Notes under the pieces: generated by a model
The model's database searches: none
What the model saw: only the letters and a program-made list of their open reading frames with translations
Told to the model about the DNA's origin: nothing
Program-made: the position numbers and the translations under genes
Part shown: positions 49,577 through 60,117 of the stretch, in pieces
Numbering within the stretch: position 1 is the stretch's first letter
Layout of the letters: each line of letters starts with the position of its first letter
NCBI GenBank assembly: GCA_964643955.1
Contig: CAZXUO010000003.1
Coordinates: 19,865-83,864, forward strand
DNA length: 64,000 nt
DNA from: an uncultured Candidatus Saccharibacteria bacterium
GTDB taxonomy: Bacteria; Patescibacteriota; Minisyncoccia; Phycocordibacterales; UBA918
Direction: 5' to 3'

Positions 49577-49828
49577 ATGTCGTATTTTGTATATATCGTT
49601 GAGTGCAACGACGGGACGTATTACACGGGAAGTACGGATGATGTTGCCCGGAGGATAAAGGCACATAACGAGGGTAAGACGGGAGCAAAGTATACGAAGC
49701 CGCGCAGACCGGTGCGGCTCATATATAAGGAGGCGTGTAAAGACAAAGGTGCTGCGCTTTCACGCGAGGCTGCCATCAAGCGCCTCTCAAAAATGGGGAA
49801 ACGAGCGCTTATTAAGGCCGTAAATTGA
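49577..49828 (+). CDS. GIY-YIG nuclease (UPF0213)
   Basis: YFVYIVEC..YYTGST..RRIKAHN..GAKYT..RE. Confidence 0.9.
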   Translation: MSYFVYIVECNDGTYYTGSTDDVARRIKAHNEGKTGAKYTKPRRPVRLIYKEACKDKGAALSREAAIKRLSKMGKRALIKAVN

Positions 49829-49891
49829 CGAGGCTTATTTTTTAGTGTAAAGTAATTGTTCGCGCGGAGGTTCGCGCGTTTTTATTTTCAT

Positions 49892-51682
49892 ATGAACGGA
49901 CAAGAAATACGAAATATTGCCATTATTGCGCACGTGGACCACGGCAAAACCACGCTCACTGACGCTATCATGCGCCAGACCGGAGCCTCAAAAGAGGGTG
50001 TCTCAATGGACTCAAACTCGCTTGAACAAGAGCGCGGCATTACTATTTACGCAAAGAATGCGTCAATTTCATACAAGGGGACGAAGCTTAATATTGTCGA
50101 TACGCCCGGCCACGCAGACTTCGGTTCTGAGGTAGAGCGCGTACTCCGATCGATCGACTCGGTGCTGCTCGTCGTCGACGCACAGGAAGGTCCGATGCCA
50201 CAGACACGTTTCGTATTGAAGAAATCACTCGAGCTCGGACTCAAGCCGATTGTCGTCATCAACAAGATCGACAAGCCTGCTGCAGATCCTGATCGCGCAG
50301 AAGAGCAGGTACTTGAGCTTTTCCTTGAGCTTGGCGCTACTGACGAGCAAGCTGACTTTACGGTCGTGTACGCAATCGGTCGCGAGGGTATTGCGAAGCG
50401 TGCGCTTTCAGATGATTCGAAAGATCTTTCTCCACTCCTCGATACTATTCTTGAGAAAGTTCCTGCCGCTGCACCTTATAAAGAGGGAGATCCACTTCGT
50501 ATGCAGGTGTTCAATCTCGGGTACGACAATTTCATGGGTCGTCTTGCGATCGGCCGCATCTACGAAGGTTCGATTTCATTTGGTCAGCAAGTATTTGTAC
50601 GCAAAGAAGGTGAAGAGACGCGCAAAGGAAAAATCACGAAGCTCTTCAGCTTCGCTGGTCTCGAGCGTGTAGAGGCGCAGACTGCGTATGCGGGCGATAT
50701 CGTACTCGTAGCAGGTCTTCCCGACATTTTCATCGGCGAAACAATTACCGATGGTCCTGATGTACCAGCGCTCAAAGCGATTGCGGTGGATGAGCCGACG
50801 ATCGGTCTTGATTTCCTCGTCAACAATTCTCCATTTGCGGGTCGCGAAGGTAAGTTTGTGACGACACGCCAGATTAAGGATCGTCTCGAGAAAGAACTTG
50901 AGATCAACGTAGGTTTGCAGGTTGATTTTTCAAATCCTGACGCATTTCGTGTGTATGGTCGTGGAGAAATGCACATTGCGATTCTCCTTGAAAATATGCG
51001 CCGTGAAGGATATGAGCTTCAGGTTTCTCAGCCACAGGTAATTGAGCGCGAGATTGATGGCGCAAAGCACGAGCCGTTTGAGGAAGTGACCGTCGACGTG
51101 CCGAGTGAATACCAAGGTGTGGTGATCGAACGTTTGAGTCTTCGTGGTTTCCTTTTACAAAACGTGATCATGCACGGAAATCAGGTGCGCCTCATCCTCG
51201 AAGGACCAACGCGCGGACTTCTTGGATACCGCGGACAGTTTATTATTGATACGAAAGGCGAGGGTATTCTGTGCTCACGTGTGCTCGGCTTCCGTCCATA
51301 CGCAGGCGAAATCAAGAAACGCGCTGCAGGCTCTATGATTTCGATGGCTACCGGCAAGGCGCTCGGCTTCTCGCTCTGGAATCTCCAGGATCGCGGTACG
51401 CTCTACATTGCACCAGGTGTTGAGGTGTACGAAGGTATGGTTATTGGAAATACCTCAAAGGGTGAAGAGATGATCGTAAATCCTACCAAGGGCAAGCAGC
51501 TTTCAAACGTGCGCGCCTCTGGATCGGATGAAGCACTTGATCTCGTACCCGCACATCCTATTTCAATTGAAATTGGTCTTGAAGTGATGGCTGATGATGA
51601 GTATCTTGAAGTGACACCAAACTCAGTCCGCCTCCGCAAGCAGCATTTGAAGGAAAGCGAACGCGCGAAGAATCGCCGATAA
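49892..51682 (+). CDS. typA: Translational GTPase TypA/BipA
   Basis: AHVDHGKTT, ERGITI, DTPGHADF, GRGEMH, VYEGM. Confidence 0.96.
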   Translation: MNGQEIRNIAIIAHVDHGKTTLTDAIMRQTGASKEGVSMDSNSLEQERGITIYAKNASISYKGTKLNIVDTPGHADFGSEVERVLRSIDSVLLVVDAQEGPMPQTRFVLKKSLELGLKPIVVINKIDKPAADPDRAEEQVLELFLELGATDEQADFTVVYAIGREGIAKRALSDDSKDLSPLLDTILEKVPAAAPYKEGDPLRMQVFNLGYDNFMGRLAIGRIYEGSISFGQQVFVRKEGEETRKGKITKLFSFAGLERVEAQTAYAGDIVLVAGLPDIFIGETITDGPDVPALKAIAVDEPTIGLDFLVNNSPFAGREGKFVTTRQIKDRLEKELEINVGLQVDFSNPDAFRVYGRGEMHIAILLENMRREGYELQVSQPQVIEREIDGAKHEPFEEVTVDVPSEYQGVVIERLSLRGFLLQNVIMHGNQVRLILEGPTRGLLGYRGQFIIDTKGEGILCSRVLGFRPYAGEIKKRAAGSMISMATGKALGFSLWNLQDRGTLYIAPGVEVYEGMVIGNTSKGEEMIVNPTKGKQLSNVRASGSDEALDLVPAHPISIEIGLEVMADDEYLEVTPNSVRLRKQHLKESERAKNRR

Positions 51683-51685
51683 ACG

Positions 51686-51719
51686 AAAAATCCGCACTCA
51701 CCCCGAGTGCGGATTTTTT
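51686..51719 (+). terminator. Intrinsic terminator
   Basis: AAAAATCCGCACTC-ACCCC-GAGTGCGGATTTTTT. Confidence 0.85.
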
Positions 51720-51742
51720 GATGCGCTATATACTATACGCAT

Positions 51743-52288
51743 ATGTTTCCAAATAAGATCGCCGTGGTGATCGCACTCGCACTTGTCGTAGTTGCTGGAC
51801 TCGTGGGCTATTCAATCGGTGTGCGGGTCGCACCAATGGAAGATACGAATGGATTAGAGCAGCCAGAAGCTGTTGCGTGTACGATGGAAGCAAAGATGTG
51901 TCCGGATGGATCGTACGTGGGTCGCATTGGGCCGAGCTGTGAGTTTGCTGCGTGCCCTTCGGTGGTTGCGCCGCTTGAGACTTCGATGATACTTGAAGCG
52001 AAATTGGGTGAGACGGTGTCAGCGTTTGGAGCCATCATTACTCCTGAAGTTCTCCTTGAAGATAGTCGATGTCCGACTGATGTGGTGTGTATACAAGCAG
52101 GAACCGTCCGCGTCCGCGCCGCACTCATGAGTGGTATGGGAAATGCGGTACAGGAATTTACGCTCGGCGAGACCTATACAACTGAAGCTGAAATGATCAC
52201 GCTTACTGAAGTCTCACCTCTACCAATCTCAACAGAATCGATTTCCGACAGTGAATATCAGTTTACCTTCCAAGTAGAAAAGCGTTAG
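51743..52288 (+). CDS. Exported Cys-motif hypothetical protein
   Basis: CTMEAKMCPDGSYVGRIGPSCEFAACP; DSRCPTDVVCIQAG. Confidence 0.75.
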   Translation: MFPNKIAVVIALALVVVAGLVGYSIGVRVAPMEDTNGLEQPEAVACTMEAKMCPDGSYVGRIGPSCEFAACPSVVAPLETSMILEAKLGETVSAFGAIITPEVLLEDSRCPTDVVCIQAGTVRVRAALMSGMGNAVQEFTLGETYTTEAEMITLTEVSPLPISTESISDSEYQFTFQVEKR

Positions 52289-53103
52289 TCGTGCGCGTGG
52301 TCGTGGTGCATATCCTCTGCATGCATCTCTTCGTCTCCATGTGCGTCTTCATGGCCAATGTAGGTGTTGATGCTAAACATAAGAAGTGCGCCTGCAACAA
52401 ACCAGACGAAGTGTCGAAGGTATTGCTCATTCCGAATCGTTGATCGGATTGAGTGGGGAACAAGGTCGTAGAGAACAACGACGAAGATCGCACCAGCTGA
52501 AAGGCCAAGGAGCGGCAGCTTAAACATTTCAAACGTATCGAGCAAAAAGAATCCACCGAGCGCACCAATGAGGATGGTCGATGAGACGAAGAAATTGATG
52601 AGGAGCGCTCGCGTGGTGCTGTAGCCTGCTTGGCGAAGCACAAAGAATTCAGACACTTCTTGCACGATCTCATGGACGAGTACGCTCGCGGTTGTTGCAA
52701 TACCAAAGGGAACGCTGACTGCAAATGCAGCAGCGAGCAAGATGCCGTCTCCGGCATTGTGAAGCGCATCGCTTAAGAGTACGCGCCGTGCATCGAGTGG
52801 TTCGTGCGTATGGCTTTCGTCATGAGTATCGTGGTGATGGTGAAATGCAGGAAGTATTTTGAAAATAGTGAAGACGAGAAGTGCGCCGAGTGCAATCCAG
52901 ACGAGTGCATCGAGTGGCTCGTCGGCGTGCGCGAAGGTCTCTTTTGTGAGGCCGTATCCGATGAGGAGGAAAACGCCGGCAGAAAAGCTTACGAGCACAC
53001 TCAAGTTTCGCTCAATGATGGTGCCGAGGTGTTTCCAAACTGAGACGACGCCAATAAGCGAAGCGAGCATGACGGTAAGCGCGGCGAGTGTTGTATAAAT
53101 CAT
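52285..53103 (-). CDS. ZIP family zinc transporter
   Basis: His-rich loop, DALHNAGDG, HEIVQE. Confidence 0.92.
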   Translation of the reverse strand: MIYTTLAALTVMLASLIGVVSVWKHLGTIIERNLSVLVSFSAGVFLLIGYGLTKETFAHADEPLDALVWIALGALLVFTIFKILPAFHHHHDTHDESHTHEPLDARRVLLSDALHNAGDGILLAAAFAVSVPFGIATTASVLVHEIVQEVSEFFVLRQAGYSTTRALLINFFVSSTILIGALGGFFLLDTFEMFKLPLLGLSAGAIFVVVLYDLVPHSIRSTIRNEQYLRHFVWFVAGALLMFSINTYIGHEDAHGDEEMHAEDMHHDHAHD

Positions 53104-53116
53104 AATGGTTATTTTA

Positions 53117-53135
53117 AATGCAAATTATTTGCATT
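53117..53135. promoter_or_regulatory. 9-1-9 Fur/Zur-type operator
   Basis: AATGCAAAT-T-ATTTGCATT, a perfect palindrome between the divergent zip and fur genes. Confidence 0.8.
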
Positions 53136-53151
53136 ATGATATACTACTCCT

Positions 53152-53589
53152 ATGAAACGCACAAGTATAACGGAAGCCCGTGCGAGCGCTGAAATACTGC
53201 TCGCCGAACGTGGACTGAAGCGCACGAGCACCCGGGTGCACGTCCTTGCGGAGCTCATGCGCGCGCATGAGCCGCTTTCGATTGATGTGCTCACAAAGCG
53301 CGTTCCTGATGTACACATGGTGACGCTCTACCGGATGCTTGAGCGATTTGTCGAAGAAGGAATTGTCTATCAGACGGATTTTAGAAATGGAAAGGCGTGG
53401 TTTGAGTTTCAGCCACATCACCACCATCACATTACCTGCACGGGATGTGGTCGCACCGAAGATATCGATATCTGCATAAAAAAAGAAGAGGAAAATGCGC
53501 TCCGTGCATCGCGCCATTTCACGTCGGTCAAAAGCCACATCCTCGAATTCTTTGGTCGGTGCCGTACGTGCAAAACCTTATCAACTTGA
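53152..53589 (+). CDS. Fur family regulator (Zur-like)
   Basis: TLYRML, HHHHITCTGCG, CRTC. Confidence 0.9.
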   Translation: MKRTSITEARASAEILLAERGLKRTSTRVHVLAELMRAHEPLSIDVLTKRVPDVHMVTLYRMLERFVEEGIVYQTDFRNGKAWFEFQPHHHHHITCTGCGRTEDIDICIKKEEENALRASRHFTSVKSHILEFFGRCRTCKTLST

Positions 53590-53598
53590 TAGGATGGG

Positions 53599-54726
53599 AT
53601 GATGCGAGCACTATTTTCGTTAAGCCTTCTCTTAGGAGCCGCTTTTTCTTTTGCGGCCCCGTTTACCTATGCGCAGGAGCTCCATAATGAGGACCGCGGT
53701 ACGTATCGGGCGGTAGTGCATGAGATCATCGCGCAAGAGATGCGCGAGATTCCCGGTACCGAAGCAACGCACCTCTATCAGACCATCCGTGTAGAAATAC
53801 TCGAGGGCCCGATGGAAGGAAAGGAGGTCATTATTGAGAATGATTATCTCGAACTTTCAGAAGGAGATCGATTTTATCTCAGTCATACGGTGTTGATCGA
53901 CGGTTCGGAGCTGTATGGTGTCATCGGTATCGACCGCACAGTGGCGCTCTATTGGCTTGTCGGACTTTTTGTGGTGGTCGTGATTATGTTTGGTGGCTGG
54001 CAGGGTGTTCGCTCGCTGCTTGCGCTCGCCGGAAGCTTCGCAGCAATCATTTATATATTGATGCCCGGATTGCTCGGTGGATGGCCGCCGCTCGCGGTGA
54101 GTTTTCTCGTTGCCGCTGCAGTACTTTCAGTCGCGATCTTTTTTACGCACGGCTTCAATCGTGAATCAGTCGTTGCGTTTTCAGGTACGATGTTCGCCGT
54201 GCTTGCGACCGGTCTCTTTGCTGTTTTTGCAGTGTCACTCACGAGTCTCTCGGGGTTTGCTGCTGAAGAATCGGTTTATCTCAATTTTAATACAAAAGGC
54301 ACGCTCGACTTTCAAGGCCTTTTGCTTGGCGCGATCATCATTGGTGTGCTCGGAATTCTCGATGATATCGCGGTGACACAAGCGGCAGTGGTCGGAGAGC
54401 TCTATGCAGCAAAGCCTACTATGAGCCGCTTTGAGGCATACAAGCGTGCAATCCGTGTGGGGCGTGAGCACGTGAGTGCGCTCGTCAATACACTCGTGCT
54501 TGCATACACCGGTGCATCGCTTCCGCTCCTTCTTCTTTTTTATCTTTCTCCCGCTGATCCGTCTTCGACCATCAATATGGAAATATTTGCGACCGAGATC
54601 GTGCGTACGATTATAGGCTCTATCGGCCTTATCCTTACGGTGCCGGTTGTGACGGGGCTTGCCGCGTATTTCCTCCATGGTCATGTCCGAAAGGAAGGGA
54701 AGCATCTTCATACGCACGCGCATTGA
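53599..54726 (+). CDS. YibE/F family membrane protein
   Basis: LGILDDIAVTQ, NTLVLAYTGASLP, EIVRT; His-rich tail. Confidence 0.9.
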   Translation: MMRALFSLSLLLGAAFSFAAPFTYAQELHNEDRGTYRAVVHEIIAQEMREIPGTEATHLYQTIRVEILEGPMEGKEVIIENDYLELSEGDRFYLSHTVLIDGSELYGVIGIDRTVALYWLVGLFVVVVIMFGGWQGVRSLLALAGSFAAIIYILMPGLLGGWPPLAVSFLVAAAVLSVAIFFTHGFNRESVVAFSGTMFAVLATGLFAVFAVSLTSLSGFAAEESVYLNFNTKGTLDFQGLLLGAIIIGVLGILDDIAVTQAAVVGELYAAKPTMSRFEAYKRAIRVGREHVSALVNTLVLAYTGASLPLLLLFYLSPADPSSTINMEIFATEIVRTIIGSIGLILTVPVVTGLAAYFLHGHVRKEGKHLHTHAH

Positions 54727-54777
54727 CGCGAAGAGACGGGTAGTGTCTAATGGCAGTCTTGTTCTTGTGGGGAGGTA

Positions 54778-55131
54778 GTGATGACGCAATCGATTCTGAG
54801 GATTCCGCCGCAGTCCGAAGTGCTGCTGCGTCGACCGCGGTTTCGGGTAGTGCGCTTCTTCGAGCTGCTCTTCACTCAGAATGTGCTCCATGTGTTGGAG
54901 CACGAGTTGGGTGTTCGGCCAGGGTCTTTCCAAGAACTCAAGTTTGCAGAGGAGCGGGATGACCGGCCCTCTGACTTCCCTGATATCATCATCGTCGCGC
55001 TCGGAGGGACCTATACGAAGAGTGGTCGCACGTACGTTCCGGTATGGAGGCCGGCAAGTGGTGCGCCAATCGAGTTCGTGCGCGACTATGGCGCTGCGTG
55101 GCCGGCGGACACTCGCTTCATTCTTCGGTAA
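54778..55131 (+). CDS. Orphan hypothetical protein
   Basis: GGAGG Shine-Dalgarno; hairpin plus T-tract at 55158-55186. Confidence 0.5.
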   Translation: MMTQSILRIPPQSEVLLRRPRFRVVRFFELLFTQNVLHVLEHELGVRPGSFQELKFAEERDDRPSDFPDIIIVALGGTYTKSGRTYVPVWRPASGAPIEFVRDYGAAWPADTRFILR

Positions 55132-55228
55132 GCCGCACTTTGCGGCGAGAGTTGGTTGGCCCGCGCGCTTGCGCGCGGGCCTTTTTCTATGCTCGCGCAC
55201 CAAGATACGAGTGTTATACTAGCCCTAT

Positions 55229-55603
55229 ATGTCACATGGAAAAATCGTGATGCTCGGCATCGCATTCGTCGTCATTATCTTTGTTGGGTTTGGGATTTGG
55301 AATCGTACAACTCCCGGGAAATACGATACGTTTGCACAGTGCATCAGTGATGCAGGCGCGACCTTTTACGGCGCGTTTTGGTGTCCTCACTGCCAGGATC
55401 AGAAGTCGATGTTCGGACGTTCTGCTGAAAAACTTCCGTACAAAGAATGTTCGACACCAAATGGTCAAGATCAAGTTGCAGAATGTGATGAGGCTGGTGT
55501 AACTGGTTATCCAACATGGTTCTTCTCAAACGGTGAGAAGCTCGAAGGAATTCAAGAGTTCTCAACGCTTTCTGAAAAGACTGGTTGTGCGCTTCCTGTA
55601 TGA
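55229..55603 (+). CDS. Membrane-anchored thioredoxin-fold (DsbA-like) protein
   Basis: YGAFWCPHCQDQK..FG, GYPTW. Confidence 0.85.
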   Translation: MSHGKIVMLGIAFVVIIFVGFGIWNRTTPGKYDTFAQCISDAGATFYGAFWCPHCQDQKSMFGRSAEKLPYKECSTPNGQDQVAECDEAGVTGYPTWFFSNGEKLEGIQEFSTLSEKTGCALPV

Positions 55604-56148
55604 TCCCACTCGAGACACTGAACTATTGGCTTGCGCTGGGAGCAATCGTACTCCAGCTCGTGACGCTCTATATCCTTGTCGAACATTTCTTTCTTAAAGA
55701 AAAGTACGTAACACCGTACCTTCATCGATTTGGATTGCATATCGTTTTTCTCGTGAGTGCCGCTGCAGCGCTGCTCACCCTCGTGTATTCGGAAGTCTTC
55801 GGTTTTATTCCTTGTGGACTTTGTTGGATGGAGCGCGTGTTCCTGTATCCTATTGCGATCATCTCGCTTGTTGCGCTCTACAAGCTGCGTCACGGCGCAC
55901 GTGATACTGCTGTTGCAGATTACGGCATAGCGCTTTCGGGTATCGGTGCAGTCATTGCGACATACCACCATTACCTCCAGATGGGTGGCAGTGCACTCAT
56001 CGCGTGTCCGACTGCAGGCGAAGGTGTTGATTGTGCAAAACGTGTCATCTTCGAATTTGGCTATGTGACGTTTCCGCTCATGGCTGCGATTGTCTTTGCG
56101 TTCATCATTATGACGCTCCTCGTGTATCGTACGGGTTCGCGTACCTAA
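55600..56148 (+). CDS. dsbB: Disulfide bond formation protein DsbB/BdbC
   Basis: PCGLCWMER; second Cys pair; VTFP. Confidence 0.85.
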   Translation: MIPLETLNYWLALGAIVLQLVTLYILVEHFFLKEKYVTPYLHRFGLHIVFLVSAAAALLTLVYSEVFGFIPCGLCWMERVFLYPIAIISLVALYKLRHGARDTAVADYGIALSGIGAVIATYHHYLQMGGSALIACPTAGEGVDCAKRVIFEFGYVTFPLMAAIVFAFIIMTLLVYRTGSRT

Positions 56149-56153
56149 CACTC

Positions 56154-56873
56154 ATGCGCACACTTGTTTTTGACATCGAGACGATTGGTGAAGAATGGGA
56201 TACGCTCGATGAGACAACGCAGCACGTGCTCACGCGCTGGATTGATCGCAACATAAAAAGCGAAGAGGAACGGGCTGCGGAACTTACTGACCTGAAAGAG
56301 GGACTCGGTTTTTCTCCACTTACCGGCTCTATCGTCGCGATTGGTTTGCATGACCTCGAGCAGGGGAAGAATGTCGTGTACTACCAAGCGCCCGGCGCGT
56401 CGGGTGAGATTGTCGATGGATCGACGACACTCAAAGTACGAAGTGAGCGTGATATGCTCGCAGACTTTTGGGCTGGCGCAAAAGCGTATGATACATTCGT
56501 GACATTTAATGGTCGGGGTTTTGATGTGCCGTTTCTTTTGCTTCGCTCGGCGATCTTGGGCGTCGCACCGACTCGTGATCTGATGGATGGTCGGTATCTT
56601 TATCAGCAGAAGGGCGCAAAGCATGTTGATCTTGCGGACCAGCTCTCTTTTTATGGTGCGGTCTTTCGCAAAGCGTCGCTCCATCTGTACTGCCGCGCAT
56701 TTGGCATCGAGAGCCCAAAAGCTGCGGGCGTGACCGGAGATGATGTTTCCGCACTTTTTCGAGAAGGGAAGTATGAGGATATTGCACGCTATAACGTACG
56801 AGACATTATTGCGACTGCCGAACTATACGAGCGGTGGCGTACGTACCTCGCGCCGTCGGCATTTCGGCCGTAG
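56154..56873 (+). CDS. PolB-like 3'-5' exonuclease (RNase H-like fold)
   Basis: FDIET, TFNGRGFDVP, YNVRD. Confidence 0.85.
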   Translation: MRTLVFDIETIGEEWDTLDETTQHVLTRWIDRNIKSEEERAAELTDLKEGLGFSPLTGSIVAIGLHDLEQGKNVVYYQAPGASGEIVDGSTTLKVRSERDMLADFWAGAKAYDTFVTFNGRGFDVPFLLLRSAILGVAPTRDLMDGRYLYQQKGAKHVDLADQLSFYGAVFRKASLHLYCRAFGIESPKAAGVTGDDVSALFREGKYEDIARYNVRDIIATAELYERWRTYLAPSAFRP

Positions 56874-56894
56874 CTCGTCTGGTATACTTTTCTC

Positions 56895-58130
56895 ATGTCA
56901 GAACCGAAAGAATTAACCTTCCCCGAAGGATTTTACTGGGGTGCGGCGTCCGCGTCGTACCAAGTTGAAGGTGGTATCGAAGATGTCGACTGGGCGCAAG
57001 CTGCACGCGAAGGAAAAGTGCCGCCGTGTGGACGTGCATGTGATCACTACAATCGCTTTGAAGAAGATTTTGACCTTGCAAAAGAGATCGGACACAACTG
57101 CCACCGTATTTCAATCGAGTGGGCGCGTATCGAACCTGAAGAAGGAAAATTTAATGAAGCGGAGATTGAACACTATCGTAAAGTGCTTGCAGCACTCCGT
57201 GCGCGCAGATTGAAGCCGTTTATTACGCTCTGGCACTTCACGCTCCCGCAGTGGTTTGCGGATAAAGGTGGTTTCCTCCATCCGGACGCGCCAGAGATTT
57301 TTGCGCGCTATTGTGGGTATGTGGCGAAGAAGCTTGGTAATGATTGTCGGCATTTCTCGACCATCAATGAACCAACAGTGTATGCCTCGCTCGGATGGCT
57401 CGCGGGAGTGTGGCCGCCGTTCCGACGATGGACAGGATTTAGTATCTTTAAACGCACACATCATCGCCAAGCGGTCCCCGGACAGAAACTTTCGTTTTGG
57501 CATATCTTCCAGTATCGAAAGGTTGTACGTCAGCTTGTACGTGCACACAATCTCGCATACGACGCGATCAAGCGTTCTGCCTTTGGTGCGGAAGTGGGCA
57601 TTGTGCATCACGTCGTGCTTTTCCATGCAAATGGCAATCCGATCAACAAGCTTCGAGCAGTGGTGATGAATCGGCTTTCAACACACAGCTTGATCAGACA
57701 GGTCTACAAGAAGTGTGATTCGATCGGCGTCAATTATTATCAGCACAAAAAATTCGGTGATCGTGCGACGTATCAGAAGACCGATATGGGCTGGGATGTG
57801 TATCCTGAAGGGCTTTGTAATGCACTCCTCATGCTTCGTCGGTACAAGAAGCCGCTCTGGGTTTCAGAAGCTGGTATTGCCGATGAAAAAGATACGATGC
57901 GTGCTGACTACATTACGCGGCTCATTCGCTGCATGCATGTCGCAATCCAAAAGGGAGCCGACGTGCGCGGATACATGTATTGGTCGCTTCTTGATAACTA
58001 TGAGTGGGCGCAAGGTTTTGAAAAACGCTTCGGACTGATTACCATCAATTACGAGACGCTCGAGCGTACAGTTCGTCCGTCTGCGTACGTGTATAAAGAG
58101 ATCATTCTGCGGAACGCAGTGCTAAAATAA
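56895..58130 (+). CDS. GH1 beta-glycosidase
   Basis: SYQVEG, TINEP, VSEAG, DNYEW. Confidence 0.95.
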   Translation: MSEPKELTFPEGFYWGAASASYQVEGGIEDVDWAQAAREGKVPPCGRACDHYNRFEEDFDLAKEIGHNCHRISIEWARIEPEEGKFNEAEIEHYRKVLAALRARRLKPFITLWHFTLPQWFADKGGFLHPDAPEIFARYCGYVAKKLGNDCRHFSTINEPTVYASLGWLAGVWPPFRRWTGFSIFKRTHHRQAVPGQKLSFWHIFQYRKVVRQLVRAHNLAYDAIKRSAFGAEVGIVHHVVLFHANGNPINKLRAVVMNRLSTHSLIRQVYKKCDSIGVNYYQHKKFGDRATYQKTDMGWDVYPEGLCNALLMLRRYKKPLWVSEAGIADEKDTMRADYITRLIRCMHVAIQKGADVRGYMYWSLLDNYEWAQGFEKRFGLITINYETLERTVRPSAYVYKEIILRNAVLK

Positions 58131-58134
58131 GTAC

Positions 58135-59073
58135 ATGGCAGTTTGGATCATACTTGCAGTCGCCGCGCAGATCATGCACGCGATTGTCGCACTTCTCGAT
58201 AAGTACATCGTGACGTCAAAAAACGTGCTCCCGCAGCCGTTTGTGTACGCATTCTATATGTGCGTGCTTTCTGCAGCGTCAATCGGCGTCTATGCGTTTA
58301 CGTGGGTACCGGTGCCGCTTGAAGGTGTCGCATTTCCAAGTCTTGCAAATGTCGGCTTTCCTTCGCTCACGGTCGTCGCGCTCTCAATGCTTGCTGCATA
58401 CACATTTTTCTATGCGCTCGTCTCGATGTTTACAGCGCTCCAAGAAGCCGATGCGTCAGACGTCGTACCAGTCGTGGGTGCCGTCTCTGCAGTGAGCTCG
58501 TACGGTCTTGCGTATCTCTTTTTGGATGCAGCACTCTCGCACAATTTTCTCTTTGGCGTACTCTTGCTCGCTGCGGGTACGGCATTTGTTTCGCGCATGC
58601 GCTTCTCATGGAAGACAGCGCTCCTCTCGGTGCATGCGGGCGTATTTTTTGCATTCCACTACGTCGTCATCAAAGGGCTTTTCAACACCACTTCGTTTGA
58701 CGACGGCTTTTTCTGGAGTCGTGTCGGCTTCGTCGTGTTTGCACTCACGCTTCTGTTGGTGCCTGCCTACGCGATCAAGATTTTTGCGCAGACACGCGCG
58801 ACCGGAAAGCGCGCCGGCGCGCTCGTCTTGGTCAACAAAGTGATTGCAGGTTTTGCGTCGATCATGGTGCTCAAAGCAACTGAGCTTGGGGATGTGTCGG
58901 TTGTACAGGCGCTCGGTGGATTACAGTACGTCTTCATTTTTATTTTTAGTTTGCTTCTTGGTCCCTACGGTCCGAATATCTGTAGTGAAGGGAAGTGCAG
59001 TACGCGAGAAATCATACACAAGGCTGTCTTTATCGCAGTCATTACGCTCGGCTTCTTTATACTTTTCAAATAA
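58135..59073 (+). CDS. EamA/DMT family transporter
   Basis: About 10 TM; operonic with glycosidases. Confidence 0.7.
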   Translation: MAVWIILAVAAQIMHAIVALLDKYIVTSKNVLPQPFVYAFYMCVLSAASIGVYAFTWVPVPLEGVAFPSLANVGFPSLTVVALSMLAAYTFFYALVSMFTALQEADASDVVPVVGAVSAVSSYGLAYLFLDAALSHNFLFGVLLLAAGTAFVSRMRFSWKTALLSVHAGVFFAFHYVVIKGLFNTTSFDDGFFWSRVGFVVFALTLLLVPAYAIKIFAQTRATGKRAGALVLVNKVIAGFASIMVLKATELGDVSVVQALGGLQYVFIFIFSLLLGPYGPNICSEGKCSTREIIHKAVFIAVITLGFFILFK

Positions 59074-60084
59074 ATGATACGGCGACACTGGAAAGCAATT
59101 ATTCTATGGATACTCGGAGTGCTCGCCGTGTGTGCACTCGCGGTGCTTTTCCTCTTGCAAAAAGAGGTGCCTGAGACGATTACCTACGGCATGTCATTTA
59201 ATACGCCATACGTCGAGGAGCTCGGTCTCAACATGGAAGAGACGTACACGGCAATTCTCTCAGATCTCGGCGTACGACACCTCAGGCTTGCAGCGCATTG
59301 GACTATGATTGAGGAAAATCGAGATGCGTATGATTTTGCTGCCCTTGATTATCAAATCGAGCAGGCAAAAGTGTACGGAGCTGACGTCATTCTCGGCGTA
59401 GGGCGTCGGCTTCCGCGATGGCCAGAATGCCATGTGCCAGGATGGGCGCGCGAGCTCTCGTGGGATGAGCAGAAGGAAGAAATTCGTGCGTACATCACCG
59501 CGGTTGTTGAGCGATACAAAGACGAACCGCACATCATTTACTGGCAGGTTGAAAATGAACCGTATCTTGAAGTGTTTGCGAATGAACATTGCGGAGATCT
59601 CGATGAGAATTTCTTGCGTGAGGAAATCGAGCTCGTGCGCTCACTCGATGGCTCGCGGCCAATACTCGTGACCGATAGCGGTAACCTCGGTACGTGGCGT
59701 GGCGCGTATTCTCTCGGTGATGTGTTCGGTACGAGCGTGTACGTGTATTTTTGGAATCACCACCTCGGACAGTTTCGGACTATTCTTCCGCCAGCATTTT
59801 ATCGGGTGAAAGAAAATCTCGTTTCACTTTTCTATGGAGAGAAACCGACAATCTTGATTGAACTTTCAGCTGAGCCATGGCTCCTTGAACCGGTGGTTGA
59901 TGTGCCGATCGAGACGCAGTTCACGCGTATGGATCCTGAAAAATTTGATTCTATTATTGAGTATGCAAAAGAGACGCGGTACGCACGGCAGTATCTGTGG
60001 GGCGTTGAGTGGTGGTATTGGTTGAAGAAAAACAATCATCCAGAAATGTGGGAGAAGGGAAAGGAGTTGTTTGAGAAGAAATAA
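59074..60084 (+). CDS. Membrane-anchored clan GH-A glycosidase (GH5/GH42-like)
   Basis: WQVENEP; IELSAEPW. Confidence 0.75.
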   Translation: MIRRHWKAIILWILGVLAVCALAVLFLLQKEVPETITYGMSFNTPYVEELGLNMEETYTAILSDLGVRHLRLAAHWTMIEENRDAYDFAALDYQIEQAKVYGADVILGVGRRLPRWPECHVPGWARELSWDEQKEEIRAYITAVVERYKDEPHIIYWQVENEPYLEVFANEHCGDLDENFLREEIELVRSLDGSRPILVTDSGNLGTWRGAYSLGDVFGTSVYVYFWNHHLGQFRTILPPAFYRVKENLVSLFYGEKPTILIELSAEPWLLEPVVDVPIETQFTRMDPEKFDSIIEYAKETRYARQYLWGVEWWYWLKKNNHPEMWEKGKELFEKK

Positions 60085-60117
60085 AAAACCGCCGGCACGC
60101 AAGCGTGCCGGCGTCAG

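Noticed and set aside
49577-49828. GIY-YIG as a homing endonuclease or intron marker
   Set aside because: Short stand-alone UPF0213 type; flanking genes are uninterrupted
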